Of a stretch of DNA of 64,000 bases, positions 25,617 through 35,437 are shown one piece after another. Source of the stretch: a phage. The notes beneath the pieces are model-generated. The model saw nothing but the letters and a program-made list of their open reading frames with translations. It ran no database searches and was not told the DNA's origin. Within the stretch, counting starts at the first letter, position 1. Each line of letters opens with the position of its first letter. The position numbers and the translations under genes were made by a program. The stretch is from sequence record PZ809289.1; one strand, given 5' to 3'.

Positions 25617-26459
25617 ATGTCACAGGCAATTAATCAAATTCGTTCTGAAGTTAAAAAAGTTATTAAATTTGGTCGTATTCCACTGAATAAAGAAGTGGTT
25701 GAAAAGGTTTTGGCCATGATGTGGGAAAAGTTTGAAGTTTGTATTTCTGTAGATGAATTCACTAAAATATTTGACAAGACTAAAGGTTTGTTTACGTTAG
25801 AAGACCGAGTCATGAAATCTCTTCACAGGGCCGGTATGTTGACTCGTGCTAACGCCAGAATTATTCTTAGAAATTATAACAAAGGCTATGACCTCTATGG
25901 TCGTTTAATTCCAGCGATGTCATTTGATGAAGTTGTTAAAGACCTTCGTACTAACCAACGTCGTTTACTAGCACTGGGTGCTCGCCTTGCAAAAGGTCAA
26001 GATAAGCAAATGCCATTTAAGACTAATGGTTCAGGCGATTGGATTATCTTTAATATTGTCAACCAACCAGGTAACGAAAACGAGTATCTTACTTCAACTT
26101 TTAGTGGTTGTCAATATGACAACTGGAAATTCCATCTTCGATTGGCTTTGTCCGAACTCGAACGTAGTGGTATTCTTACCTTCGATAATGTTAATACCAG
26201 TACAGGCTGGCGTATTAAACTTGTTAAGCCAGGTAATGATGTTAAGAGTCATTCAGAAGCTCCTAAACCGGAACCTGTACCAGTGCGCAGCAATGAGAAG
26301 CACCAAGCTCAAATCGAGTATTTTAGCAATTTGCTTACTTGTCTTAATGTTACAATTCAACAACAAGATGATGAGATTTTCCGACTCTCTGGTCTGAATG
26401 CTAAAGCCAAGGCTGAACGTCAAAAATATATCGATATCCTAAATCTTCTTAAGGATTAA
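25617..26459 (+). CDS. hypothetical protein with C-terminal coiled coil
   Basis: SD GAGGAAA; N-terminus MSQAIN shared with gene 32737. Confidence 0.55.
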   Translation: MSQAINQIRSEVKKVIKFGRIPLNKEVVEKVLAMMWEKFEVCISVDEFTKIFDKTKGLFTLEDRVMKSLHRAGMLTRANARIILRNYNKGYDLYGRLIPAMSFDEVVKDLRTNQRRLLALGARLAKGQDKQMPFKTNGSGDWIIFNIVNQPGNENEYLTSTFSGCQYDNWKFHLRLALSELERSGILTFDNVNTSTGWRIKLVKPGNDVKSHSEAPKPEPVPVRSNEKHQAQIEYFSNLLTCLNVTIQQQDDEIFRLSGLNAKAKAERQKYIDILNLLKD

Positions 26460-26461
26460 TT

Positions 26462-26677
26462 ATGGAAATTATTGGTTTTATTCTTGCTTATCTTGTGATA
26501 GGATTTATTACTGCTTTGATTGCGCATAAAACAGGCGCGTGGAACCCGGTTAAAATTGAATCAAGCTATGATGCGGTATTCATTACATTTGTATGGCCAG
26601 TATTTTGCTTTGCCTGGTTATGTATGCTAATTCTGTGGCCTATCGCTAAACTCTATGAAAAATTATTTGGACTCTGA
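26462..26677 (+). CDS. small membrane protein
   Basis: Two hydrophobic helices; 71 aa. Confidence 0.5.
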   Translation: MEIIGFILAYLVIGFITALIAHKTGAWNPVKIESSYDAVFITFVWPVFCFAWLCMLILWPIAKLYEKLFGL

Positions 26678-26678
26678 T

Positions 26679-27548
26679 ATGAACATTAAAACACGTAAAG
26701 AATATTCCATCTATGACCATGACACGACTCGTCGTATCGCTATCGATCGGCTGGCAGACTTTGGCCATATTTGTAATGGTAATTATACTTATGGTGTAGG
26801 TCGTAAAGGGACTTATATTAGTTCTTTGAACGATTATTGCCGTTGCCCTGCTCATTTATTTGGTGCAACACTGCGAGCTAATATCAAAGACCTCTTGGCT
26901 ACCGCAGGACGTATTTCTACGGTTCCTGTCAATATCAAGAATATTAATTTTACGGCTCGTAACCTAGTCATTAATATTCTGCCTGACGGTATTCAAGTTC
27001 GTTTCCGTCCTACCTCAAAAGGTAATAAGGCCCTTCGTGAAGCATTCGAAACCTTATTCAGAGAGGCAATGACCCGTATTAAGGCAGTAGAATCATATAA
27101 AGTTACAACCGATGAATATGCTGATTGTTTTGAGCGGGCTGATGCAGTGTATTTTAATGTTAAACTAACTCGTGAATATCTTTTGTCTTATGCCCCTTAT
27201 CAATCCCAACAAAAGGACCCACAAATGGAACGTCGTATCTCTACCGCATCATATGGGCCCGTAGGCCAGTATGCAGCCTATGACAAATTCAAAACCACTG
27301 CTGTACCAAGCCCATTCAATTCCGAACCGTATCATTGGAAAATTAAACCCGAGAATTCTTTGGTGGTTACTAACCCTACGATGAAACCTATCGAGAAGTA
27401 TCATGAGGACCACCTCCAGGAATCAATCCACCGTTTAAACGGTCAGATCGAAGATGAGAAAAAGAGTATCCAAGACGTATTGATTCGCATCAAGAACATG
27501 GAACTCCAGCGTGACAAGCTCCGCGCGGCAGTATTAGCTCTAAAATAA
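26679..27548 (+). CDS. hypothetical protein with C-terminal coiled coil
   Basis: Start uncertain (26655 or 26679); about 290 aa. Confidence 0.5.
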   Translation: MNIKTRKEYSIYDHDTTRRIAIDRLADFGHICNGNYTYGVGRKGTYISSLNDYCRCPAHLFGATLRANIKDLLATAGRISTVPVNIKNINFTARNLVINILPDGIQVRFRPTSKGNKALREAFETLFREAMTRIKAVESYKVTTDEYADCFERADAVYFNVKLTREYLLSYAPYQSQQKDPQMERRISTASYGPVGQYAAYDKFKTTAVPSPFNSEPYHWKIKPENSLVVTNPTMKPIEKYHEDHLQESIHRLNGQIEDEKKSIQDVLIRIKNMELQRDKLRAAVLALK

Positions 27549-27605
27549 TGTTTACATCCAAGGATGGATGGAGTATAATCTTTTAAATCTACTGAGGAGA
27601 ATATC

Positions 27606-28616
27606 ATGACTCGTACTGAATACATCAATGCCTTTACTACGTATATCACTACCAACACCCCTCCGTTAACCCCATACGAGGTAATAGTTTCTAATATCAA
27701 TAAATGGGTCGACCAAATTGATGATGCATTATCGCGCTGTTTCAAAGCTGAAATCGAAAAGATTGCAGGCCGTTTGTGCATTCATGATATCATTAAAACA
27801 TTTAAAGGTTCTCGACTGCTTTCGCGCCTGGTCAATAAGGACATCCTTTCTGAGTTCGGTAAAGAGAAATATCCAGGTTCCAACCGTGTTGTTAACTACA
27901 AATGGTTTGGTGATACCATAAAAGGTTATATCAAAATTAAAGGTATGGACCCTAATAGTTTATTTCCGCAACGTTGGGTTAGCGAATTCAAGGCTAACTC
28001 TGCATTAATTCTCAAAGCGGCCTCTAAAACTATAGTTTCCGGTGATTGTCGTACTATTCACCCGATGGCTAATTGCATGATTAAAACAAATAGTTATAAA
28101 GGAAAAGCTATTATTTCTGTTATTTGGTCACCTAATAGGAAACCTAAAGATGATGTGGAAGTTGTAAAGTATCAAGATATTGCTTACGATACCTTGAATA
28201 CTATCGAACAAGCTTTAGCTCTGATGGATACCGTAGAGAAATATGAGACCCAAGAAGTTAAACACCACTTAGGCTGGAAAGGATATGAAGTCTTAGTAAC
28301 AGTCCGTGAAATCAAATGTACCGTTCCAAAAACTGATGCTGAAATTTACAAAGAAAAATGTGAGGAAATTGTGAACACTGATAAAGAGCCTGCTACATTA
28401 GAAGATTTGATTAACGACTTGAACAGCCCTATCATGGCCCCTACACCAATTACTAAATCCAAGTTACCGGAAGTCGTTGCCTTGGAAAAAGCGTATAAAG
28501 ACGCCCTTGCTATCAACAAAAAACTGGCCGGGCAATATACTGCTGCCAAGAAACTTTGGGAAGAGTCTACCAATCGTTTAGACCGTCTTGAACAAGCTCT
28601 GGAGCTGTTGAAATGA
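27606..28616 (+). CDS. hypothetical protein with C-terminal coiled coil
   Basis: SD GAGGAGAA; 336 aa. Confidence 0.55.
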   Translation: MTRTEYINAFTTYITTNTPPLTPYEVIVSNINKWVDQIDDALSRCFKAEIEKIAGRLCIHDIIKTFKGSRLLSRLVNKDILSEFGKEKYPGSNRVVNYKWFGDTIKGYIKIKGMDPNSLFPQRWVSEFKANSALILKAASKTIVSGDCRTIHPMANCMIKTNSYKGKAIISVIWSPNRKPKDDVEVVKYQDIAYDTLNTIEQALALMDTVEKYETQEVKHHLGWKGYEVLVTVREIKCTVPKTDAEIYKEKCEEIVNTDKEPATLEDLINDLNSPIMAPTPITKSKLPEVVALEKAYKDALAINKKLAGQYTAAKKLWEESTNRLDRLEQALELLK

Positions 28617-28834
28617 AATACCAATTAGCTGAAGATATTGACCAAACTATTCCTGATTGGAATGCCATTATTAAAATTGTCGAACGTCGTGAAAAAGCTT
28701 CTAAGAACGTTCCGAACTGTCCGGAATGTGGAACTGAACAGGTTCAATTGGTCCATTGGCAGACTAGTAATCTTCGTTACAAATGCCGCCATTGTAAACA
28801 TAAATTTGAGCGAGAAGAAAATGGCAAAGCGTAA
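28613..28834 (+). CDS. zinc-ribbon protein
   Basis: CPEC...CRHC four-Cys motif; ATGA overlap. Confidence 0.5.
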   Translation: MKYQLAEDIDQTIPDWNAIIKIVERREKASKNVPNCPECGTEQVQLVHWQTSNLRYKCRHCKHKFEREENGKA

Positions 28835-29057
28835 AGAATATGTAGAGGCTGCCGATAAGGCAGTCCGCGAACTTACTCTAGCTTATTATAAAGAGCACGG
28901 TAAATTTCCGGACAGTTATTCAGTATTGAAATCTGCTTTAACTCGCTCGTATAATAATATACTATCTGATGTGTATAATTTAAAATATGAGCACATGGAA
29001 AAATATGGAACAGAACTTGACCGTTCTGAAGCATTCAAACAAATATTAGGAATTTAA
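28821..29057 (+). CDS. hypothetical protein
   Basis: ATG 28821 after GAGAAGAAA; 78 aa. Confidence 0.45.
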   Translation: MAKRKEYVEAADKAVRELTLAYYKEHGKFPDSYSVLKSALTRSYNNILSDVYNLKYEHMEKYGTELDRSEAFKQILGI

Positions 29058-29058
29058 A

Positions 29059-29322
29059 ATGTTTAAAGTTTATGGTTATGATTCAAATATTCACCGTTGT
29101 GTTTTCTGTGATAATGCCAAACGACTGCTTGATGTTAAGAAACAACCTTACGAATTCATTAACGTGATGCCGGAAAAAGGTGTATTTGATGATGAGAAGA
29201 TTGCTCAACTCCTGGCTGCGCTTGGTCGCGAATCTCAAATCGGTTTGACCATGCCGCAAGTATTTGCTCCGGACGGAACTTCTATTGGTGGCTTTGACCA
29301 ACTGCGAGCGTATTTCAAATGA
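29059..29322 (+). CDS. nrdC: glutaredoxin/thioredoxin NrdC
   Basis: MFKVYGYDSNIHRCVFCDNAKRLL...GLTMPQVFAPDG, near-identical in pattern to T4 NrdC. Confidence 0.9.
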   Translation: MFKVYGYDSNIHRCVFCDNAKRLLDVKKQPYEFINVMPEKGVFDDEKIAQLLAALGRESQIGLTMPQVFAPDGTSIGGFDQLRAYFK

Positions 29323-29480
29323 TTGAATTAATGTTGGTTGTTTTGTATCTTATCATCGGTATTGGTTATGCTAAGACCCTAGCTAAATTAGATGATTCAG
29401 GTGACTTTTGTTGGTGGTTGACGTCTATGATTTGTTGGCCTTTATTTCTGGTTGGTGCTTCATTCTGGAACTTCAAATGA
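29319..29480 (+). CDS. small membrane peptide (53 aa)
   Basis: ATGA overlap with nrdC stop; hydrophobic; shares ATGATTGAATTAA start with next gene. Confidence 0.35.
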   Translation: MIELMLVVLYLIIGIGYAKTLAKLDDSGDFCWWLTSMICWPLFLVGASFWNFK

Positions 29481-29785
29481 TTGAATTAAACGAACAAACC
29501 ATTTTTCTAGGTGATGGTACCGAAGATGACCTGGAATATAAACTATACGAATATATGGTTTGGTTGGCTAAAGCAGAAGGTATAGACTTTGCTGTAGCCC
29601 ATCCATATGGCGAGAACACTGTTGTAATCGGCGGCACCGCTTACGAAGTCCAATGGCAATACGTTGGCCTTGAATCTGAAGAATTTGAAGAAGATGAACA
29701 CGGTGATTGGCATCCAGTCGGTCCTTGGTACTGGGAACACGGTGAACCTGATTTTGAAGTAAGTAGTTGGTGGTGTGACCGTTAA
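29477..29785 (+). CDS. acidic Trp-rich hypothetical protein
   Basis: ATGA overlap; 102 aa. Confidence 0.45.
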   Translation: MIELNEQTIFLGDGTEDDLEYKLYEYMVWLAKAEGIDFAVAHPYGENTVVIGGTAYEVQWQYVGLESEEFEEDEHGDWHPVGPWYWEHGEPDFEVSSWWCDR

Positions 29786-29916
29786 GCCATGGTATGTCGC
29801 TCGGTGGGATACGATAGAACCTACCGAGCCAGAGGAACCCGTTTACAACGATTCCGAAATAGAGTATAATGAACCTTCAAACAATGATTTAATTGATATG
29901 GAATATGGGTTTTACT

Positions 29917-30102
29917 ATGAAAACTGAACTGATTTATACTGAAAAGTTAAATGGCGGTAAAGTCTGGAAACTTCTTATTAAAGGAAGTCCTACTGATCAG
30001 TTTATGGCCACTTGTGTAGGGTTATACACCCGTCCTACTAAAAAGATGATTCGTCAATTTAAACGGTTGCATCGCTCGTTTTATAGTACATTTGAAAAAT
30101 AA
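29917..30102 (+). CDS. hypothetical basic protein
   Basis: Start ambiguous (29905 or 29917). Confidence 0.35.
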   Translation: MKTELIYTEKLNGGKVWKLLIKGSPTDQFMATCVGLYTRPTKKMIRQFKRLHRSFYSTFEK

Positions 30103-30137
30103 TAAATACCCTTATCTAATAATGGTAAGGGTTTATT

Positions 30138-30611
30138 ATGTTGTTGACCGGCAAATTATACAAAGAAGAAAAACAAAAACTTTATGATGCACAATGTGGT
30201 AAGTGTTTGATTTGTAAACGTGAATTAAACCCTGATGTTCAAAGTAACCACCTTGACCACGACCATGAATTGAACGGGCCAAAAGCCGGTAAGGTTCGTG
30301 GTTTACTATGTAACCTGTGCAATGCTGCAGAAGGACAAATGAAGCATAAGTTCAACCGTTCTGGTCTTAAAGGTCAAAACGTTGACTACCTCGAATGGTT
30401 AGAGAATTTGCTGGTCTATCTGAAAGCTGATTATACTGAAAACAATATTCATCCTAATTTCGTTCCTGATAAAACCAAAGAGTTCAGCAGGTTGGGTAAG
30501 GAAGAAATGATTGCTGAAATGCTTTCACACGGAATGACTTATAATGAATCTGCCACTAAGAAACAAATGGTGGATTCATTCAAAAAACAACTGAGGAAAT
30601 CGCTTAAATGA
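30138..30611 (+). CDS. 49: endonuclease VII (Holliday junction resolvase), gene 49
   Basis: MLLTGKLYKEEKQK...HLDHDHELNGPKAGKVRGLLCNLCNAAEG, matches T4 endo VII zinc/H-N-H core. Confidence 0.95.
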   Translation: MLLTGKLYKEEKQKLYDAQCGKCLICKRELNPDVQSNHLDHDHELNGPKAGKVRGLLCNLCNAAEGQMKHKFNRSGLKGQNVDYLEWLENLLVYLKADYTENNIHPNFVPDKTKEFSRLGKEEMIAEMLSHGMTYNESATKKQMVDSFKKQLRKSLK

Positions 30612-30733
30612 TTAATTTTTATGGCTACACATTTTATGCTTTAGCCGAATCTCTGAATGATGCGGTGCGTATTATGGGTGTTGAGTATCCTGCTCAATGG
30701 TTATTTGTTGTAACTAACATGTGGGTTCTTTAA
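30608..30733 (+). CDS. small peptide (41 aa)
   Basis: ATGA overlap with gene 49 stop; stop overlaps next start. Confidence 0.3.
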   Translation: MINFYGYTFYALAESLNDAVRIMGVEYPAQWLFVVTNMWVL

Positions 30734-30948
30734 TGAATAAATTTCGTAATGCTGTTTCTGATATCCTGGCTAATATAACATTGGTTCTGTTTATCGTATG
30801 CCTTTTAATCCTGGCTATTCCGTTTGGATTGCTGTTCATGATTATTGGTGCTCTGAGTACTGAAAAAGGTCTTGAAGGGTCCGAGTTCGACAAACGAATC
30901 CAGGCTGTTCATAGTGTTATTGCAAAAATGATGAAGGTGAAAGAATGA
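30733..30948 (+). CDS. small membrane protein
   Basis: TAATG overlap; hydrophobic helix. Confidence 0.45.
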   Translation: MNKFRNAVSDILANITLVLFIVCLLILAIPFGLLFMIIGALSTEKGLEGSEFDKRIQAVHSVIAKMMKVKE

Positions 30949-31241
30949 AACGTTTTGAAGAATATGTAGCTTTGAATTGGACCGCTTGGGACAAGTTTGG
31001 TGATGATTGGTACTTCCATGACTGTGACCTGAACCCTGAATTCTTTAAAGGTAAGGAAGACGACCTCAAGGACATCTATGCTCTGTCAGAGATTCATGGT
31101 ATTAAACCTACTGTCTATTTCTCTTTTGATGATACCGGGTTCCTTATCCAGATTTACGTCCCATACGGAACTAATGAAGACGAAGTTCTAAAAACTTGGG
31201 ACTACCAAGGAGTTATTTCCTGTGGACCAAAAGTTAACTAA
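30945..31241 (+). CDS. hypothetical protein
   Basis: ATGA overlap; 98 aa. Confidence 0.5.
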   Translation: MKRFEEYVALNWTAWDKFGDDWYFHDCDLNPEFFKGKEDDLKDIYALSEIHGIKPTVYFSFDDTGFLIQIYVPYGTNEDEVLKTWDYQGVISCGPKVN

Positions 31242-31539
31242 AATTGAGATTTACGGTATCCCTGAGACAGTCATGCGCTGTCCAGGGTGCATTGCTGTTC
31301 TATCGCTCCTAAATTCCCTTTCTATCCCACATACTTTCTATCCTGTGATTAATCAGACGCCGTCAGGCGCAGTATATGACAAGCCTCTTATAGTATCATT
31401 GGCCAAACGTGCAGGCTTCAAGAGCTTAGCGATACGCTATCCTGTCATATTTGTCGATAATAAGAAAATAGAAAATATTCCTGCCTTCAAATCGCTTTTG
31501 ATTGAACTTGGTTATGACCAAGATTTAATTGAAGATTAG
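31222..31539 (+). CDS. thioredoxin-fold CxxC protein (NrdH/glutaredoxin-like)
   Basis: CPGC motif near N-terminus; only GTG start (31222) available. Confidence 0.5.
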   Translation: MDQKLTKIEIYGIPETVMRCPGCIAVLSLLNSLSIPHTFYPVINQTPSGAVYDKPLIVSLAKRAGFKSLAIRYPVIFVDNKKIENIPAFKSLLIELGYDQDLIED

Positions 31540-31598
31540 TATTTACTTCCTCTCCTCACGTGTTATAGTCTATCCTATCAACACATGAGGAGAACATT

Positions 31599-31781
31599 AT
31601 GACTATCCAAGATAAAGAAATTAAAGCCGACCAGTATTATTCAGTAAATGGCTACCCTGTTCAAGTAACAAAGGTAACAAATCTCGATGTATGGTATCAA
31701 CCTTTGACTCACCCTGATGCTCCATTGATGGTGTGTGACCGTTCTTTATTTTGTTCAGTAGCTAAGGAAATTAAATCATGA
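31599..31781 (+). CDS. hypothetical protein
   Basis: SD GAGGAGAA; 60 aa. Confidence 0.45.
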   Translation: MTIQDKEIKADQYYSVNGYPVQVTKVTNLDVWYQPLTHPDAPLMVCDRSLFCSVAKEIKS

Positions 31782-32032
31782 GTCTGAAATTACATTCAAT
31801 GAAAAATATCATTACCCTTAATCTGGATGATGAGCGCCTGATTTTTCTCACCGTCACTGATAAGAATATTGAAATTGCAAATGGTCCTAAGACTTATTGT
31901 TGCCCGGTGAAGAATTGGAAACATGTAACCTTTTTGACCCTGTGCGACCGTCTGAAAGATATTAAGTTAGATTTGGATGTCAAAGATGTCCAATACATTA
32001 AAAATCTTATTGGATACAAACTGCTGAGGTAA
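31778..32032 (+). CDS. hypothetical protein
   Basis: ATGA overlap; 84 aa. Confidence 0.45.
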   Translation: MSLKLHSMKNIITLNLDDERLIFLTVTDKNIEIANGPKTYCCPVKNWKHVTFLTLCDRLKDIKLDLDVKDVQYIKNLIGYKLLR

Positions 32033-32034
32033 CT

Positions 32035-32328
32035 ATGGGTAAAACTATTCGTCGTAAAGAATTGTCTGTAAAAGATTTTTATTATTCCGGACGTCGTAAA
32101 GCACCGGACGGCGTAAGTCAGGAACTGGTTGAAGAAAATATCTTCCGTTCCGACAAGTGGAAACGTATGCGCGGTGTTGATTCTGAAGTTAAGAACGAAA
32201 TGAACCGCCAGCTTCGTAAAGAAGTGAGAAAGCTGAAAAAAGATGTTTACAATGACGATGAACCTGATTACAATACTTCTCATCGAGTTGCAAAACGTAA
32301 ATCAAACGAATGTTATCGTTATAGCTGA
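32035..32328 (+). CDS. basic hypothetical protein
   Basis: Highly basic 97 aa. Confidence 0.45.
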   Translation: MGKTIRRKELSVKDFYYSGRRKAPDGVSQELVEENIFRSDKWKRMRGVDSEVKNEMNRQLRKEVRKLKKDVYNDDEPDYNTSHRVAKRKSNECYRYS

Positions 32329-32336
32329 GGAAAATA

Positions 32337-32467
32337 TGAATATCAAACGAATGCTTTTTAAGCAAGGACTATACACTTTAAATGTTAGTCCAAAGGGCGA
32401 TACAACCACGTGGTCAGTAAATGACTGGATTAAATTCATTGATAAACACGGAAACTGGAAAATTTAA
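32337..32467 (+). CDS. small protein (43 aa)
   Basis: ATG 32337 after GAGGAAAAT; track start far upstream. Confidence 0.35.
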
Positions 32468-32668
32468 ATGAATCCTGAATCTAAATTATCACAGCGAATT
32501 GCTGAAGCTCGTCGTCAGTTCTTTGAAAATATGATAGCCCAAGGTATTGATGACGAAGTTTTTCTGAACTGGTTTTGGAACCACAAATATTCAAGTTGTT
32601 CAGGCGCTTTATTAATTTCAGCTGCATCTATGTACGAAGGCTGGAAAGGTGCAATGAGTCAAAAATAG
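32468..32668 (+). CDS. hypothetical protein
   Basis: 66 aa ORF overlapping preceding stop. Confidence 0.4.
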   Translation: MNPESKLSQRIAEARRQFFENMIAQGIDDEVFLNWFWNHKYSSCSGALLISAASMYEGWKGAMSQK

Positions 32669-32736
32669 TTTACAAACTCTTGGGACCAGAGTATAATGGT
32701 CCTACGGATTATAACTTTAAAACTGAGGAAATTATT

Positions 32737-33066
32737 ATGTCACAAGCTATTAAAAACGTACTGAACTCTTTCGCTTTCGATAAAGTAAACGAACTGATGA
32801 AAACAGGTTTTGTAACTCCTCAGGTTCTTGACCAATGGGTTGCTGAACTGTTACCTATCATGCACTCTAAAGACCAGAAAATTGGTAAGAACGGTATTCG
32901 TGAAATCCTGGTTCAATATATCCTCGATGAATTCGATGTCGCTGCCTTTGGTGTAGAATCTAAAGCTTGGTGCCCTGGTGAAATCACGGATAAAACTATC
33001 CGTCGTATGAAAAACCAACGTAAGAAAAAATTCGTCGACCTGAAAATTGTTAAGGCAGCTAAATGA
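32737..33066 (+). CDS. hypothetical protein
   Basis: ATG 32737 after GAGGAAA behind GTTTAC/TATAAT promoter; N-terminus MSQAIK paralogous to gene 25617. Confidence 0.5.
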   Translation: MSQAIKNVLNSFAFDKVNELMKTGFVTPQVLDQWVAELLPIMHSKDQKIGKNGIREILVQYILDEFDVAAFGVESKAWCPGEITDKTIRRMKNQRKKKFVDLKIVKAAK

Positions 33067-33311
33067 ATAATTTGCCTGAGGGTGTATCGGTTATAATAGT
33101 CCTTAAAGCTTTAGCCGGGTTCCAACGTACACCCATGATGAATAATATTGAAACTATTATAAAAGCGGCTAAGATGCTAAGTGGAAGTCATCGTGATTTC
33201 AGGATATTTCCTATAAGCTCTAAAACCACTTATATGAAAATGCCTGACCCAAAAATAGCTTGGGATGAAGGCATGACATTAAATGAATTTGAGGATTATT
33301 TGAATGATTAA
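33063..33311 (+). CDS. hypothetical protein
   Basis: ATGA overlap. Confidence 0.45.
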   Translation: MNNLPEGVSVIIVLKALAGFQRTPMMNNIETIIKAAKMLSGSHRDFRIFPISSKTTYMKMPDPKIAWDEGMTLNEFEDYLND

Positions 33312-33570
33312 AATAAAACTCTCTAATTACGATAAAAACTTGGAAATGATTGCTATGAAAGAAGAACTCTTGAATGATGTCCGCTTTACCGGTTATGCAG
33401 TTCAATTTAATGGTGATGGGACTCTCCAGATTGAGGGTGACCACTTTATCATCGAATACGAATTTAAACAGTACTGGCTTTATGCGAAGGATGAAGTTGG
33501 CGGTGTTGATTACGTCGACGAGTTCGATAACCTAGATGACGCATTGGAAGGAGCTCGATTCCTACAATGA
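33304..33570 (+). CDS. hypothetical acidic protein
   Basis: 88 aa ORF overlapping neighbours. Confidence 0.45.
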   Translation: MIKIKLSNYDKNLEMIAMKEELLNDVRFTGYAVQFNGDGTLQIEGDHFIIEYEFKQYWLYAKDEVGGVDYVDEFDNLDDALEGARFLQ

Positions 33571-33830
33571 AACCCATATCCACCACCCTCGCCTACGAAG
33601 GTCTCGGATTTTTCTTAATAGATAACTGTATGGATGTTGAGTTTGTTTGTGGTGAGACTTCTTTAGTATGGAAGTCTCATATTTCCAAATACAACCATCG
33701 CGAATATCCAGGTCTTTTTAAAGAATTTTGTGGATATATGTCTGAACATGGATGTACTGATACAATTTCTTATTCCGAGTTCACACAAATCCTTGAAACC
33801 GTATTTCAGGCTTATTGCTTACTCCGTTGA
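33567..33830 (+). CDS. hypothetical protein
   Basis: ATGA overlap. Confidence 0.45.
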   Translation: MKPISTTLAYEGLGFFLIDNCMDVEFVCGETSLVWKSHISKYNHREYPGLFKEFCGYMSEHGCTDTISYSEFTQILETVFQAYCLLR

Positions 33831-33896
33831 TGCTTTAAAAGGGTCTTCAAATACTATGATATAATAGACCTATGATTTGAGTTATCTGAGGTAACA

Positions 33897-34454
33897 ATGA
33901 CCGAAATTAAACTGACTAAAAATAACTATGTAAATAATAAGGAGCTTCTGAAAGCTATCACCCAATGGAAAACAGAACTCAGAGAAAATACCGATCCTAA
34001 TAAAATAGTTCGCCAGAACGACGTTATCGGCTTGGCTATTATGCTCATTGCTGAAGGACTAAGTAAACGTTTCAACTTCTCAGGATATACCCAATCTTGG
34101 AAGCAAGAAATGATTGCTGATGGAATCGAAGCTTCGATTAAAGGTCTTCACAACTTCGACGAAACAAAATACGACAACCCACATGCATATATCACTATGG
34201 CTTGTTTTAATGCCTTCGTTCAGCGTATCAAAAAAGAACGTAAAGAAATGGCAAAGAAATATAGCTACTTCGTCCATAATGTCTATGACAGTAATGATGA
34301 CGACATGGTAGGTATTGCAGATGAAACCTTTATCCAAGATATCTACGACAAAATGACTCAGTATGAAACCTCTTTAACTAAAGCACCAGGGTCTGATAAG
34401 AGTGCCGAACCTAAAGTTGGTGAACTGGATTTTTTATATGGAACATCAGATTAA
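33897..34454 (+). CDS. 55: late-transcription sigma factor gp55
   Basis: 185 aa; [13 protein letters not shown]...[49 protein letters not shown] matches T4 gp55. Confidence 0.9.
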   Translation: MTEIKLTKNNYVNNKELLKAITQWKTELRENTDPNKIVRQNDVIGLAIMLIAEGLSKRFNFSGYTQSWKQEMIADGIEASIKGLHNFDETKYDNPHAYITMACFNAFVQRIKKERKEMAKKYSYFVHNVYDSNDDDMVGIADETFIQDIYDKMTQYETSLTKAPGSDKSAEPKVGELDFLYGTSD

Positions 34455-34668
34455 TATCACTCCACTTTTAGATGGAATGGAAGACTTCGAAGCACTCCCT
34501 TATTTTATTAAATTGATATTACGGGATGTTAAAGGTCTTCCTATTGATATTGACCCACTTAACGTCAGGAATATTGAATTCACTTCTCCTGACAATAACG
34601 TAGATTACCGTTATCATGTTGAGAACGCTAATTTCTACTTCACTATTGAATTGACTCCAAAGGATTAA
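34441..34668 (+). CDS. hypothetical protein
   Basis: ATG 34441 overlapping gp55 stop. Confidence 0.4.
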   Translation, partial: EHQINITPLLDGMEDFEALPYFIKLILRDVKGLPIDIDPLNVRNIEFTSPDNNVDYRYHVENANFYFTIELTPKD

Positions 34669-34669
34669 T

Positions 34670-34981
34670 ATGCAAAGCCATGACATTTCTCAATTGACTG
34701 ATGAGCAAATTGAAGAAGCCCAGCAACGTTTAGAAGAGCACAATATTAAAGAAGCTAATTCTCAAGCGGCTAAGATTCTTAAGAAGAATGCTCGTGAAAT
34801 CCGTCGTTTAAATCTCCATGCCCAAGGCGCTGTACTTGAAAACAACTTTGAAGCATATAAGTACGCTTTAATTAAATTACGTGGTATTTACCGTCAACCT
34901 GTTACTGATGAACTTGTTCAATTGATGTGGGAATCTACCCGCAAACAAATTTGGGAAATCGTCAATGGCCCTAGTAAATAA
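34670..34981 (+). CDS. hypothetical protein
   Basis: 103 aa ORF immediately after preceding stop. Confidence 0.5.
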   Translation: MQSHDISQLTDEQIEEAQQRLEEHNIKEANSQAAKILKKNAREIRRLNLHAQGAVLENNFEAYKYALIKLRGIYRQPVTDELVQLMWESTRKQIWEIVNGPSK

Positions 34982-35223
34982 ACCCTTTAAACGGCTTCTT
35001 ATTGGAGCCGCCTTTAGACTTCGCTCATACGGTAATATCTGTATTAAGCAGTCCGAAACCGAATATAAAATGGTCGGCCAGTATTCCGATGGAATTTTTC
35101 GGATTGAGCCCGTAGCCAAGGTTTGGGTAGATTCTCATCAACTTAAGAAATGGTGGCAACGATGATAACGTGGACAGGCGGCTAATGAAAGACGAATACG
35201 AAAAAGTTTAAGAGGTTGTATGA

Positions 35224-35397
35224 ATGACGAATTCGATGGATTTTGATAAGATTAAATCTGACAAAAATGAGATGATACTTCAATTTGAAGCCGCTCGTAT
35301 TAAAGCAGAAAATGAAGGTACTATTACCTATAAGCCTATCAAGTTCAGGTCTAATCACGAACCTCTGTACGGTGTATTAGTTGGTAAAGGAGCTTAG
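35224..35397 (+). CDS. small protein (57 aa)
   Basis: Not in track; SD AAGAGG 8 nt upstream; ends in terminator stem. Confidence 0.3.
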   Translation: MTNSMDFDKIKSDKNEMILQFEAARIKAENEGTITYKPIKFRSNHEPLYGVLVGKGA

Positions 35398-35409
35398 GCT
35401 CCTTTTTTG
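35388..35409 (+). terminator. intrinsic terminator
   Basis: AAGGAGC-TTA-GGCTCCTT followed by TTTTTT. Confidence 0.6.
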
Positions 35410-35437
35410 CTTTATATTCGGATGATAAAATAAATCT

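Noticed and set aside
25978-26397. 139-aa plus-strand ORF in an alternate frame
   Set aside because: Entirely inside the better-supported 25617-26459 gene; hydrophobic low-complexity translation typical of an off-frame artefact.
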